A stretch of DNA of 64,000 bases from Gammaproteobacteria bacterium (GCA_029881255.1 JAOUMY010000005.1:66479-130478), one strand, 5' to 3'; positions 29,824 to 39,432 are shown, counted from the first letter of the stretch. A program made the numbers and translations. Notes: generated by a model not told the origin, from the letters alone.

Positions 29824-30177
29824 ATGGCCGATGCCATTCAAAAAGAAGAGCTTAGGCAGATGATAGAAGCGTTTTATCGTTTTGCGGGCGTGAATCCACC
29901 CGCCAATCTTGAAATCAATGAGAGTGTTGCCAGTGTGTTTGGGTCGATGTTGCAGGAAACCCGCAAGTGTTCGGATGCTTTCAAGTGGATTCCTCCGCCC
30001 CCAGGTGGTAGGCCGAGTATCGGCTGGTTGGTTACCAATATCGGCAAGTCTTTCATCAGGAGCCTGAATGATAAGATGTCGTTTACTTGTGCCCGTGGCG
30101 TGATTTATGTTTGGGGGCATCATTTGCAACGTGCTTCGTTGCTCAATATTTCAATGGGAACTCCAGCATGGGCGTAG
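29824..30177 (+). CDS. hypothetical protein
   Basis: RBS aaaggag upstream of ATG at 29824. 117 aa. Confidence 0.4.
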   Translation: MADAIQKEELRQMIEAFYRFAGVNPPANLEINESVASVFGSMLQETRKCSDAFKWIPPPPGGRPSIGWLVTNIGKSFIRSLNDKMSFTCARGVIYVWGHHLQRASLLNISMGTPAWA

Positions 30178-30761
30178 TTAAAAGTATTTCATTTATCCTC
30201 TGCCTCACCTTCTCATCAATTAGCTGTGCCGCCGATGCATTGCGTGAGATACCGTGGCCAAACAAATCCACGTGTATTGATTGCTTGCAGGTGGAACTCA
30301 ATCGTTATCAGTTTCAGTTACCCAGCAGTGATGTAAAGTCGGTTTCGACGCAAACGCTTTCGAGCACGGTAGTGGATATTCAATTAACGCGTGATGCCAG
30401 CCAACGCGGTATCGCCTTGATGGAATTGACACCGGAAAAGTTAACCGCGGATTTTGAACAACTCGGCTATTTTTCAAAGCTGCATATCAAAAACACTCGC
30501 GAGTTTTTTCTCGTCCTCGGCAAAACCTATGACGAAAAATCCCCCGGCGACATCATGCGCAAGACCATGGCGGTGGATGTGGCCAGTGAATATGTGTGGA
30601 GCCATAAAGATAATCTGAGTGCGTTCTGGATGAAATCGAATAATCCAAGTTCGCAGAGTGTGTATGTGGTGAATGATAAGGAAGCAAATGTGTTGTTTGT
30701 AGGTGGTGCGGTGACGGAGGAGTTGTTTGGGAGGATTTTGGGGACGTTGCGGATTCGGTGA
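30172..30761 (+). CDS. secreted hypothetical protein of the cassette family; in-frame TGA followed by conserved family C-terminus (to 30890)
   Basis: Signal peptide ISFILCLTFSSISCAADA. After the TGA at 30759 the same frame continues for 43 more codons to a TAA stop (30891-30893). It encodes NRLITLILSGPEIGFMETVI, homologous to the C-terminus DRLITLTLWGRDIGFLESVI of the 34365 protein. Confidence 0.5.
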
Positions 30762-30939
30762 AGAAAGTTGTATCTGTTCCCAATTTCAGTGACCAACCGT
30801 CTCATCACCTTGATACTGTCGGGCCCGGAAATTGGGTTTATGGAGACGGTGATATCAGAAATCAACAACGCGGAACATTCGCAGACCAGATAAAATATTT
30901 TTTTCGTGGATCAGAAAAACAATAAGAGGAAATTTCTCA

Positions 30940-31620
30940 ATGAATAGCGAACAACAAAACGACAAAGCGCAAAATTTTAACCAAATGTTGGTAAGGGCAA
31001 TCTTCAATACCTCAGTAGCCATACTTATCTGCATACCAATAAGCTTTTTTGATTACCCAGACTACATCGATTCAATCCTGGATAGCGCCTTTTTCCTGTC
31101 TTGGATTCTATGTGGTGCGTTAATAACCACGCTGCACTTTAGAATGAAAAAGGCAAAACTAGGCTGGCTTGCTTTGTCATATTGGTCGATACTATTTATT
31201 TTGCCTATCTTCATGCCATTTTACCTTCCTGTATTTTTTTCGCTCATTGGCGCACAAGTCTACAATAAAGCGAAGAATCCGCTGACACTCGGCGATGACG
31301 AGACTGCCCTTGTACCTGATAATAGCGAAACGGAATTAACAGCGACTCAGGATGGGAGTTCATCTTTGACGCTTGCCTGGGTTCTTCTCATTTCTCATTT
31401 TCCCTATCTCGTGTTCCTATATACCTTCGACTATTCTGAGTGGAATGGAGTCTTCGCTTTGACGACGACATTTTGCATCGCCGCCCCGGTGACTATTCTC
31501 ACCATTTTTTTTCTGGGCGGAAATGCGCCGCAGAAGGAACGCGGCCAAATCAGCTTTATAAAGCTGATCATGCTAGCGGCGTTGATAGCAGAAGTATACC
31601 TGTCCACAACAGGACACTAG
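30940..31620 (+). CDS. integral membrane hypothetical protein (about 6 TM)
   Basis: RBS aagaggaaa upstream. Hydrophobic segments throughout. 226 aa. Confidence 0.5.
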   Translation: MNSEQQNDKAQNFNQMLVRAIFNTSVAILICIPISFFDYPDYIDSILDSAFFLSWILCGALITTLHFRMKKAKLGWLALSYWSILFILPIFMPFYLPVFFSLIGAQVYNKAKNPLTLGDDETALVPDNSETELTATQDGSSSLTLAWVLLISHFPYLVFLYTFDYSEWNGVFALTTTFCIAAPVTILTIFFLGGNAPQKERGQISFIKLIMLAALIAEVYLSTTGH

Positions 31621-32051
31621 AATAAATCTGCCTGAATCAGGTTTAGAACGGGAAAATTGTAAGACACGCCGATTACTAAAAACAAACTGTTTCCTGTTAT
31701 ACAAGAGTAGATATCGTCTATGCGAAAATCAGGGAGATTTAAATGATTTACCGGACACGTGTAGTCATTGCAGACTGGTATTGCAAATTGCCGTAGCCTT
31801 CACCTGGAGATAGTTCGCTGAATGTTACCTAATATGTCAGCCATTAAACTTTCCATTCTTCGAATTATTTTCAAAAAGTTCGAACTCTACGCCGATTCGC
31901 AAGAATTCAACTTCTGTTCCGCACACTCAATCATGTCGTCCAGCTAATGTCTCCCCCCCGATTACTCCCGGGTTAGACTCCCGACTAAACTGCGGAAAGC
32001 AACAGGCCGCGCTATAAAGATGGCGATTGGGCTGAAAAGAATAGATCGAAC

Positions 32052-32108
32052 ACTTAGTTGTGTAAAGTTTTTGAAGTTATCAGGGGTTCGCTAGTTCGAA
32101 GGTAGTAA
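32052..32108 (+). repeat. conserved intergenic element, copy C, immediately followed by orphan cassette 3' fragment (32120-32216)
   Basis: tcgaacacttagttgtgtaaagtttttgaagttatcaggggttcgctagtt. Then a short ORF ending LPDRLITLRLRGRDIGFMETGIWGQII. Confidence 0.6.
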
Positions 32109-32335
32109 GCCCTATAGCAATTATCCTGACCTTGCCCGACCGTCTCATCACCTTGAGATTGCGGGGTCGGGATATTGGGTTTATGGAAACTGGGATTTGG
32201 GGGCAAATTATATAAAAATGTACTGAGAATTCAGTAGCTAGTTCGTTCTGCATAGTTTGAATTCTCGCCTTTACATCAACATGTTTGCCATGTTACGGTT
32301 TCCTCACGAAAACACTTAAATTGCTAGTTAAAATG

Positions 32336-32998
32336 AAAATAATAGCTCTTCCAATTGCCGTAGCCTTCACCTTATTCCTCAGCCCGCCGGGTTTCGCCGA
32401 AACGGACTCATTGCCCACAGCCATGCAGTCCTGCGCCAATATGACGGTTTGTGAGCAAACAGCGGTCAAGCAGCCGTTTCCCGGAGCGGGAAACAATCTG
32501 GAAGTCGCTGTTGGTGGTGGACACTTTTCATTCTTTCCGCCTGATGCCGTAACCGATGTCGCCGTGGGGTGGGGAGAGTCGCCAAACTATGTGATCAGAC
32601 TCAAGGGTGGCAAGCTCATGGCATCCGAGGAGCGTCTGGTGCGCCTGGATAACACGGGTCTTTGCTCAGCGAACGAGTCGCCAGCACCAACTCTGGCACG
32701 TTTTCTTTTTCTTCAGACCGCGAAAGAAAAGGAACCTGACGACAAATGTCAACAAACAATTTTCAGGCTGGCTTTTTTTCAAAAGAGTTCGTCCATATTC
32801 AAGGATGCTCAACATTTGGTCTGGTTCGAGAAGAACAACCTGGAGATTTATCTCGCCAATGTTTCGGGCATTGATCACGACACCTACGCGATGGTGACTC
32901 ATCGAGACAAGCCGTTCCACTATTTAGTGATACGTACCCAGGGAGTTGATAGAGAACGTTTGCTCAAAACACTTGCAACAATAAAAATAAAACCATAA
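32336..32998 (+). CDS. secreted hypothetical protein (cassette family member)
   Basis: Signal peptide MKIIALPIAVAFTLFLSPPGFA. C-terminus LLKTLATIKIKP resembles ...VIAGIKIKK of the 34365 protein. Confidence 0.5.
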   Translation, partial: KIIALPIAVAFTLFLSPPGFAETDSLPTAMQSCANMTVCEQTAVKQPFPGAGNNLEVAVGGGHFSFFPPDAVTDVAVGWGESPNYVIRLKGGKLMASEERLVRLDNTGLCSANESPAPTLARFLFLQTAKEKEPDDKCQQTIFRLAFFQKSSSIFKDAQHLVWFEKNNLEIYLANVSGIDHDTYAMVTHRDKPFHYLVIRTQGVDRERLLKTLATIKIKP

Positions 32999-33008
32999 GG
33001 CCTTATCT

Positions 33009-33353
33009 ATGACACTGACCTATACACAACAGAAAGATGTTGCGGAGTTGTTGGCTGCACTCTTTAACGACAATGAATATCTCTACCACGTAAACAAAAT
33101 CAACCGCGAAACTGTGCGTTACGCGGAAGACGTTATTGTGATGTTCCGCTTCTGTAACAAGGCATCGGCTGGATTGTTGGCGGGGATACAGTGCATTCCG
33201 AAGTCTAAAAACATCTATGGCTGGTTACTAAGCTGTCTTCCTGCAGTACATAAAGTGGTCAAGGCCAATCGCGAGATTTTCTATTCTAATTTTATGTGCG
33301 ATATCGCAATACAGTCGCATCGAAATGCGCTTAAAGGGACGATGATCCGCTAG
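33009..33353 (+). CDS. hypothetical protein
   Basis: 114 aa. Its last 8 codons (HLKGTMIR*-like NALKGTMIR*) lie within the 32-bp repeat also found at 37756. Confidence 0.35.
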   Translation: MTLTYTQQKDVAELLAALFNDNEYLYHVNKINRETVRYAEDVIVMFRFCNKASAGLLAGIQCIPKSKNIYGWLLSCLPAVHKVVKANREIFYSNFMCDIAIQSHRNALKGTMIR

Positions 33354-33361
33354 TGGGGGCG
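33330..33361 (+). repeat. 32-bp direct repeat copy 1 (cttaaagggacgatgatccgctagtgggggcg)
   Basis: Identical 32-mer at 37756-37787. Confidence 0.7.
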
Positions 33362-33648
33362 ATGAATACGCATTTGGCTTGTCGGAGTCGAGCAGTTATG
33401 GGATAGATCTGGTGTATCAACATCTGTTCAACCACCCACAGCGTCCCGCGAACTTCGGCATCGTAACTACTAATATGGTAGGGAACGCCAATGCCACTGG
33501 TGTTTCCTGTCATCAGCGAACCTGGAGGCGCCGTATATGTGCCTTTGGGAATTGGTGCATACAAGCCCGGCATGCCGGAGCGAACCTTCCATGATTTTCC
33601 GAAGCCCTGTAGTTGTTGCAGATTAGTGTTATAAACAAGCGTGGTCAT
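33331..33648 (-). CDS. hypothetical protein (possibly coupled to upstream secreted protein gene)
   Basis: 105 aa. ATGA overlap with the 33645-34151 gene. No domain recognised. Confidence 0.3.
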   Translation of the reverse strand: MTTLVYNTNLQQLQGFGKSWKVRSGMPGLYAPIPKGTYTAPPGSLMTGNTSGIGVPYHISSYDAEVRGTLWVVEQMLIHQIYPITARLRQAKCVFIAPTSGSSSL

Positions 33649-34151
33649 TTTTTACAATTTCCTTTCAGTAATTCTAGTTGTTTTTCGAGATCGTGGTATT
33701 TTGGCGCACTTTCCCCACTCCAGAACAGCAGCACAGTATTGTTATCGCGTTGTGTGCAGAGATATACGCGTAGCACGAACGTGGTATCGTTGTATCGATA
33801 ACCGGTGTACTGCCAGGGTGTGCCATCGCCAGTCTGCTTTTGAGTATTTGGGAATTGCTGACTATCCATATCGGCTAGTCGTTGATAGTAGTTGCGCCCA
33901 ACCCCCCTTGTATCAACAAACCACAACATATTATCGCTACCGAACGTGGGTTTGATCCATGTAGATGTGTTGATATCCAGACCCTGTTCGATCAAGGCAG
34001 CGAGAAATTCATTGTCGGCAGCGAGTATGGCCCGCTCATCAATGGAAACTTTCAACCAGCCGTCTACTGTATCGTTTTTGTTTGCAAAACAACTGGTGGA
34101 ACAAACAAATGCCATCAGCGAAAACAATAGAATGAAATGTCGGTGACGCAT
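33645..34151 (-). CDS. secreted hypothetical protein
   Basis: Signal peptide MRHRHFILLFSLMAFVCSTSCFA. 168 aa. Confidence 0.5.
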   Translation of the reverse strand: MRHRHFILLFSLMAFVCSTSCFANKNDTVDGWLKVSIDERAILAADNEFLAALIEQGLDINTSTWIKPTFGSDNMLWFVDTRGVGRNYYQRLADMDSQQFPNTQKQTGDGTPWQYTGYRYNDTTFVLRVYLCTQRDNNTVLLFWSGESAPKYHDLEKQLELLKGNCKK

Positions 34152-34242
34152 AGCGTGGAATTCTCAATACGGGTTCAGCAACAACATGGAACTATGCATA
34201 GATAGGCCTATCCATTTATCAGTTTTTATAGCTGTGACCAAG

Positions 34243-34300
34243 ACTACGCCCGATTAAGTAGGTGTGTAAAGTTCTTTATATATGTACCGGATCGAATAGT
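34243..34300 (+). repeat. conserved intergenic element, copy D
   Basis: acgcccgattaagtaggtgtgtaaagttc... About 70 bp upstream of the 34365 gene. Confidence 0.5.
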
Positions 34301-34364
34301 ACAAAGGTGGTATCTCTTTTGCTGGTGCTCAATTTATGCCGCAAAACATATTGAGTAGCCCGCG

Positions 34365-34856
34365 ATGTCGAAGGGCAAAGCAAAACCAATTCACTATGGC
34401 CCCCTGAATATCGATCTGCCCGAAAACCCGACTTCTATAAGCACCTCGGGAATCGATGGCAAGTTAGTCATCACCTTTACTGGCAAGACCGAGGCTGACT
34501 ATAGCCAACTGATGAATATGGATTTCAGCAAAAGCCAGTTTCGTCTCGCCGACAAAGCACGCATTCAATACGGCGCACTGAAAGCAGCGAAGAACGCTTT
34601 GAACGAACAAGATCAGGCCTTTTGGAATCGCCACCTGCAAAACAGACATGCGCTGTTTTCAGAAAAGTCACGATTGTTCATTACCGGCCACTCTGGTCTA
34701 ACGGTTTACTATTCCAATGAACGACCTCAGTGGTGGTCCGCACAGGCGATCATTACTTTGGACGAGTTGCCCGACCGGCTTATCACGTTAACACTGTGGG
34801 GTCGAGATATTGGGTTTCTGGAGTCGGTGATTGCGGGAATTAAAATAAAAAAATAG
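34365..34856 (+). CDS. hypothetical protein, cassette family with full-length conserved C-terminus
   Basis: 163 aa. C-terminus TLDELPDRLITLTLWGRDIGFLESVIAGIKIKK is shared with orphan fragments at 30780-30890 and 32120-32216. Confidence 0.5.
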   Translation: MSKGKAKPIHYGPLNIDLPENPTSISTSGIDGKLVITFTGKTEADYSQLMNMDFSKSQFRLADKARIQYGALKAAKNALNEQDQAFWNRHLQNRHALFSEKSRLFITGHSGLTVYYSNERPQWWSAQAIITLDELPDRLITLTLWGRDIGFLESVIAGIKIKK

Positions 34857-34867
34857 GAGGACAAATC

Positions 34868-35011
34868 CATGGCATTAACATCAGAAGAACAGGCGCTGGG
34901 GCGTCGGGCGTGGATTCCTACGCCGTTGTTTACGCGCGGCAGTGAAGATACTGAAAGACAATCCTTTCGCTGCCACCGCTTGTCAACGTGCAATCGCAGG
35001 CTCGTTGATTA
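34868..35011 (+). CDS. possible small protein (47 aa)
   Basis: Strong RBS taggagg 6 nt upstream of the ATG. Below the ORF-track size cut-off. No homology recognised. Confidence 0.25.
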
Positions 35012-35098
35012 AAGCAGAAATTTTTATGTCGGCGGAGAATTGAGATGAGGTATCTATCATGACTACTCTCGAACTTCTATATCTCTTTATTTAAATCA

Positions 35099-35996
35099 TC
35101 ACATCTTCCAAATGGAAAGATGCCTCCATCCATCGGGAAAACCCATGATCGCTGGCCTGGCAATAGGATGATTATCCATCAATTGCATCAAGCGATTCTT
35201 CCAATGGGTGTTGGGACTTATACGTTCCATCAGGTACTCCAATAGAACCAGCGTATTGTACAGTTTCTTGGATTGAGCCGGATTGAAACAGGCAATGAAC
35301 TGCGCGGGGCGGCGACTGGGTATTTTCATTTGAAAACCAAATTGCCGATTCCATAATCGACTGTGATGGGCGCAAATGTTCCGGATGATGGTGAGGTGAT
35401 GTAAGAATGAAATCAGTACGCTTTCGTCCAGATCATAAATATCCGCAATGGCTCGACGATCAGCTCGCTTTTTTGATGTTGGAAACCCACTTGGAAAGTT
35501 GGCCGAGTGACATTACCTCGACCACTGCCCAGATAGGTGGTAATTCTAGATCATCGTACTTGTTTCGATAGTGATTGATGAAGGTTTCCTGGCTGCGATC
35601 AATTTCTTCTTTAAGGTTTTTTATGCAACGTTGGTATTGATTGCCATTATTGAAAATGGATTTATCAAGAAACGCGTGGGCACCATAGATATGGCCCAAG
35701 TGATAAGCCCATTGTGTTCGCACAGAAACTTCGATTCGTTCGATCGCATCCATCACCAATAGCCGTAATTCACGATCGAAAATGTAAAGGTGTAAGACGT
35801 CTTCGAATGTTGTGCCAGTCTTGAATTGATGGGTGGAGTGATCTGCTTCAAACGGAAGCCAGTAAGCACCTAGGCGATAATAGTTGAGGTGTGCAAGATA
35901 GTGGCATGCCCGGTTATGGTCGGGGATCGACATCCCTCGGGTTTCAAGTAGATGGATTTGTTGTTCGAGGGTGGTTGGGGGCTTGGTAAAACGCAT
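35099..35996 (-). pseudogene. Abi_2-family abortive-infection protein (AbiD/AbiF-like), single frameshift
   Basis: N-terminal ORF 35460-35996. The downstream frame encodes RRAIADIYDLDESVLISFLHHLTIIRNICAHHSRLWNRQF (Abi_2 signature) and runs into ORF 35099-35329. The frames switch at a T6/A6 run at 35462-35467. Confidence 0.7.
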
Positions 35997-36377
35997 TGAC
36001 TAGCCCCAGTAAAAGTAACCCGCCGGGGTGCGCAGATCTGACGGAATGCGTGGCGGGTGTTGTTGCTGCTAATTATCGGCAACTTTTTATCTTTTTCAAG
36101 GAGAAATTTACTGTTTGCGAAAAAAAGCGGCTGCGCTTTCAGTAAATACCTATGAAAAGCAGGCCTAGCAAATAACCGTTCAATTAGAGGTTCCGCATGT
36201 TGGAATATAGTTTTTAGAGACAATTCACCGCCCCTTTCCCTCTTTATTAATGTTTATTTTGTATTGCATAAGAATAATCGTAGTATCGTGATTTTACAAA
36301 AAGTAATTAATAATTTCATGTAGTTATTAGTACTTTCGGGGCAGCTCAGCAATTTTTGTGGCCTATCGGTTTCCCGC

Positions 36378-36541
36378 CTGGCGCGGGCGGTGACGAGTGC
36401 GGTGCGTATCGGTTTGGGTTTGCTTGGGTGTTGGTTTTGTATATAGGCGAGGGATTTGAGTAATTTTGCGAACGGGCCTTCGGGAGATATTGAGTTTGAG
36501 AAAGGCCTTTACCAGCGGAAAACCGGGGCCGGGTTTGAGGA
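36378..36541 (+). repeat. internally deleted, 100 %-identical fragment of the 5'-nucleotidase gene (copies of 27780-27886 and 28289-28341 joined)
   Basis: 107 bp identical to 27780-27886, a 4-nt junction, then 53 bp identical to 28289-28341. Same orientation as the parent gene. Confidence 0.8.
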
Positions 36542-36665
36542 AAGTAGGGGCAGATACCAGTTTTCGCTAATGTAAGCAGTAGCTTGTATCTGACCCGACT
36601 TTCCCTTGACCAGATGCAACATAAGAGTTATACGTTACATACATCTATTTAACGTATAACACCCT

Positions 36666-37712
36666 ATGGAAAACTTGCCGCTTTCGACCACTACCCTGTT
36701 CCAACAATTTGTCGAACAGGTCACCTCCGACGAATTGAGCCGGGATCTAGGTGATCTGGCCGGCAGCTTTGTATCCAAGGAGGTGAAGGGAAAGCCTTAT
36801 TGGTATCTCCAATACCATGAAGCGGGAAAACAAAAACAGGTATACCTTGGGCCCGAGAATGACAGAGTTCTGAAACTTGTAAACAATTGGGATGACATTC
36901 GAACCGAGGCAAAACTCAGCCAGCAACGTCGACAAGAAATGTGCGCCATGTTAAAAGCGGGCGGTTTACTTGCGCTGGACTCGGCCGTTGGTAAGGTACT
37001 GTCGATGCTTGCAGACAGCGGTATCTTTCGCGCGGGTGTCGTACTGGTCGGAACACAAGCGTTTCGATCTTATGGAAATCTACTCGGCGTAAAGTTATTC
37101 GGTTCTGCGATACAAACACACGATATCGATCTCATTCAGGACCTCGACGTTGACGTGGTACTTCAGTCCAATATCCAAATCGACTTTGGCGACATAATCG
37201 AACGTACCGAGATGGGGTTTATACCTATCCCTGCGTTAAATCCAAAACATCCTTCGACGTCGTTCAAGATTCGACGAAAAGAAATCAAACTCGATATGCT
37301 CACACCGCTCATTGGCAAGCCTGAGTCCGGTCCAATAAAACTACATTCACTCCAGACCTATGCCCAACCATTGCGATTTCTCGACTTCCTAATAAAGGAA
37401 CCGATACAAACCGTGTTAATCGACAACGCCGGTATCCTGGTGAATATTCCTCATCCGGCTCGTTATGCGCTGCATAAATGCATCATTTCATCACGACGTC
37501 CAATTACACAAAGAGCGAAAAGTAAGAAAGATATTTTTCAAGCAGAAATCCTGTTCCAGGTTCTCCTCGACATCGATCGCGTATCACTTCTTTCTGCATG
37601 GAAAGACCTGGAAAGTTTCGGAAAGAACTGGCAGAGCCATGCTCGTGAAGGAATAGACAAGATTTCTGACAAGGAACTGCTTAGCAAGCTTGCTGAATTG
37701 TTGTCGTTTTGA
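36666..37712 (+). CDS. nucleotidyltransferase-fold protein (GSU2403/AbiEii-like, tentative)
   Basis: 348 aa. GVVLVGTQAFRSYG and HDIDLIQDLDVDVV are consistent with a G[SG]-x(n)-DxD NTase core. Assignment tentative. Confidence 0.35.
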   Translation: MENLPLSTTTLFQQFVEQVTSDELSRDLGDLAGSFVSKEVKGKPYWYLQYHEAGKQKQVYLGPENDRVLKLVNNWDDIRTEAKLSQQRRQEMCAMLKAGGLLALDSAVGKVLSMLADSGIFRAGVVLVGTQAFRSYGNLLGVKLFGSAIQTHDIDLIQDLDVDVVLQSNIQIDFGDIIERTEMGFIPIPALNPKHPSTSFKIRRKEIKLDMLTPLIGKPESGPIKLHSLQTYAQPLRFLDFLIKEPIQTVLIDNAGILVNIPHPARYALHKCIISSRRPITQRAKSKKDIFQAEILFQVLLDIDRVSLLSAWKDLESFGKNWQSHAREGIDKISDKELLSKLAELLSF

Positions 37713-37755
37713 AAAAAGTGAGGTCAGATTGAAACAGCCACATTATATCGGCCAC

Positions 37756-37787
37756 CTTAAAGGGACGATGATCCGCTAGTGGGGGCG
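37756..37787 (+). repeat. 32-bp direct repeat copy 2
   Basis: cttaaagggacgatgatccgctagtgggggcg. Forms the end of a tiny remnant ORF (…HLKGTMIR*). Confidence 0.7.
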
Positions 37788-37986
37788 GATTCAATTCCAA
37801 ACCTGCGTCTTGAAATTCCCCGGGCAGACGATTGATATCCCTGTCGGGAGTCATAAATGCCTCAAGCCGTTCGGTGATAATTCGAAAACTCAGAGGAAAC
37901 TAAAATAAGAGCCATATCGGGGGTAGACCCCTTTTTTCTGTTACTATGCGCCCGTTCTCTATCCATAACCCACCAGGACAAACCCC

Positions 37987-39369
37987 TTGAACCAGACGCC
38001 CTTTTCCACACTTGCACTCAACCCCGCCCTGCTCGAGAACCTGAGCTCGCTCGGCTATACCGCCATGACACCCATCCAGGCGCAGAGTTTGCCGCATGTG
38101 CTGGCGGGCAAGGATGTGATTGCGCAGGCGAAGACAGGTTCTGGTAAGACCGCGGCATTTAGTCTGGGTTTGCTGGAAAAGCTGGATGTGCGAAACCTGC
38201 GTGTGCAGGGTTTGATTCTTTGCCCGACGCGGGAGCTGGCAGATCAGGTGGCGACCGAGGTGCGCAAACTGGGGCGCAGTATTCCGAACATCAAGGTGCT
38301 GACGCTGTGTGGCGGCACGCCCGTCGCGCCGCAGAAGGCCTCGCTGGAACATGGTGCGCATATCATCGTCGGCACACCTGGCCGGGTGGAGGATCACCTT
38401 AATCGCGGCTCGCTGAAACTCGATGGGCTCAACACCCTGGTACTGGATGAGGCGGATCGCATGCTCGATATGGGTTTTCAACCGGCGCTGGATGCAATTA
38501 TCGACGCCATACCCACGCAGCGTCAGACGCTATTGTTTAGTGCCACCTTTCCGCAGCAGATTCAATCCATCGCTAAGCGCGTGATGCGCGAGCCGGTATC
38601 GGTGCAGTTGGAAGAAACCCATGACAGCAGCAGTATTCAACAGCACTTCTTCAAACTCGATGACAATGTAGAACGTTTGACCGCCGTGCGTTTGCTGCTG
38701 CTCAAGCATCGGCCGGAATCCGCGGTGGTATTTTGTAATATGAAAAAGGACGCGCAGGAAATTGCAGATGAACTGGGCCGTTATGGCTTTACTGCCAAGG
38801 CCTTGCATGGTGATCTGGAACAACGTGAGCGTGATCAGACGCTGGTGCAGTTTGCCAACAAAAGTATTTCGATTCTGGTGGCGACCGATGTCGCGGCGCG
38901 CGGGCTGGATATCGATGCACTGGATGCGGTGATCAATTATCAACTGGCGCACGATGCGGAGGTACACGTGCACCGTGTCGGTCGCACCGGTCGCGCGGGT
39001 AACAAGGGCATTGCCTGTACTTTGTATTATGAAAAAGAGGCGCACAAATTGGCGCGGCTTGAGGAATATTTAGGCCGTTCGATCAAAGCCGAATCTCTGC
39101 CCTCTTTTAATGTGCTGGAAAAACCGGTCTATCGCGCAGCGATGGTGACACTACAAATCGATGGCGGTAAAAAACAGAAAGTCCGCGCCGGTGATATTCT
39201 GGGTGCACTGACCGGCGAAAACGGGATTGATGGAAAACAGGTGGGCAAGATTCAGTTATACGATAACTGGTCTTTTGTCGCAGTGCGACAGGAAGTCGCA
39301 AAGGCCGCGTTGCAGAAATTAACCCAGGGTAAATTGAAAGGCCGCTCGTTTCGAGTGCGGAAAATATAG
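37987..39369 (+). CDS. dbpA: ATP-dependent RNA helicase DbpA (DEAD-box with C-terminal 23S rRNA-binding RRM-like domain)
   Basis: Q motif/Walker A AKTGSGKTAAF. DEAD box VLDEAD. SAT. HRVGRTGRAG. C-terminal RBD VTLQIDGGKKQKVRAGDILGALTGE. Confidence 0.9.
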   Translation: MNQTPFSTLALNPALLENLSSLGYTAMTPIQAQSLPHVLAGKDVIAQAKTGSGKTAAFSLGLLEKLDVRNLRVQGLILCPTRELADQVATEVRKLGRSIPNIKVLTLCGGTPVAPQKASLEHGAHIIVGTPGRVEDHLNRGSLKLDGLNTLVLDEADRMLDMGFQPALDAIIDAIPTQRQTLLFSATFPQQIQSIAKRVMREPVSVQLEETHDSSSIQQHFFKLDDNVERLTAVRLLLLKHRPESAVVFCNMKKDAQEIADELGRYGFTAKALHGDLEQRERDQTLVQFANKSISILVATDVAARGLDIDALDAVINYQLAHDAEVHVHRVGRTGRAGNKGIACTLYYEKEAHKLARLEEYLGRSIKAESLPSFNVLEKPVYRAAMVTLQIDGGKKQKVRAGDILGALTGENGIDGKQVGKIQLYDNWSFVAVRQEVAKAALQKLTQGKLKGRSFRVRKI

Positions 39370-39432
39370 CGAGTTACTGAGAAAGTTGTGACTGAGCCTA
39401 CTTTCCGGGTTCGGTGAGTAATCCACTGTCAA

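Noticed and set aside
37900-39045. 193-aa and 171-aa minus-strand ORFs
   Set aside because: Antisense to dbpA, which has unambiguous DEAD-box motifs on the + strand.
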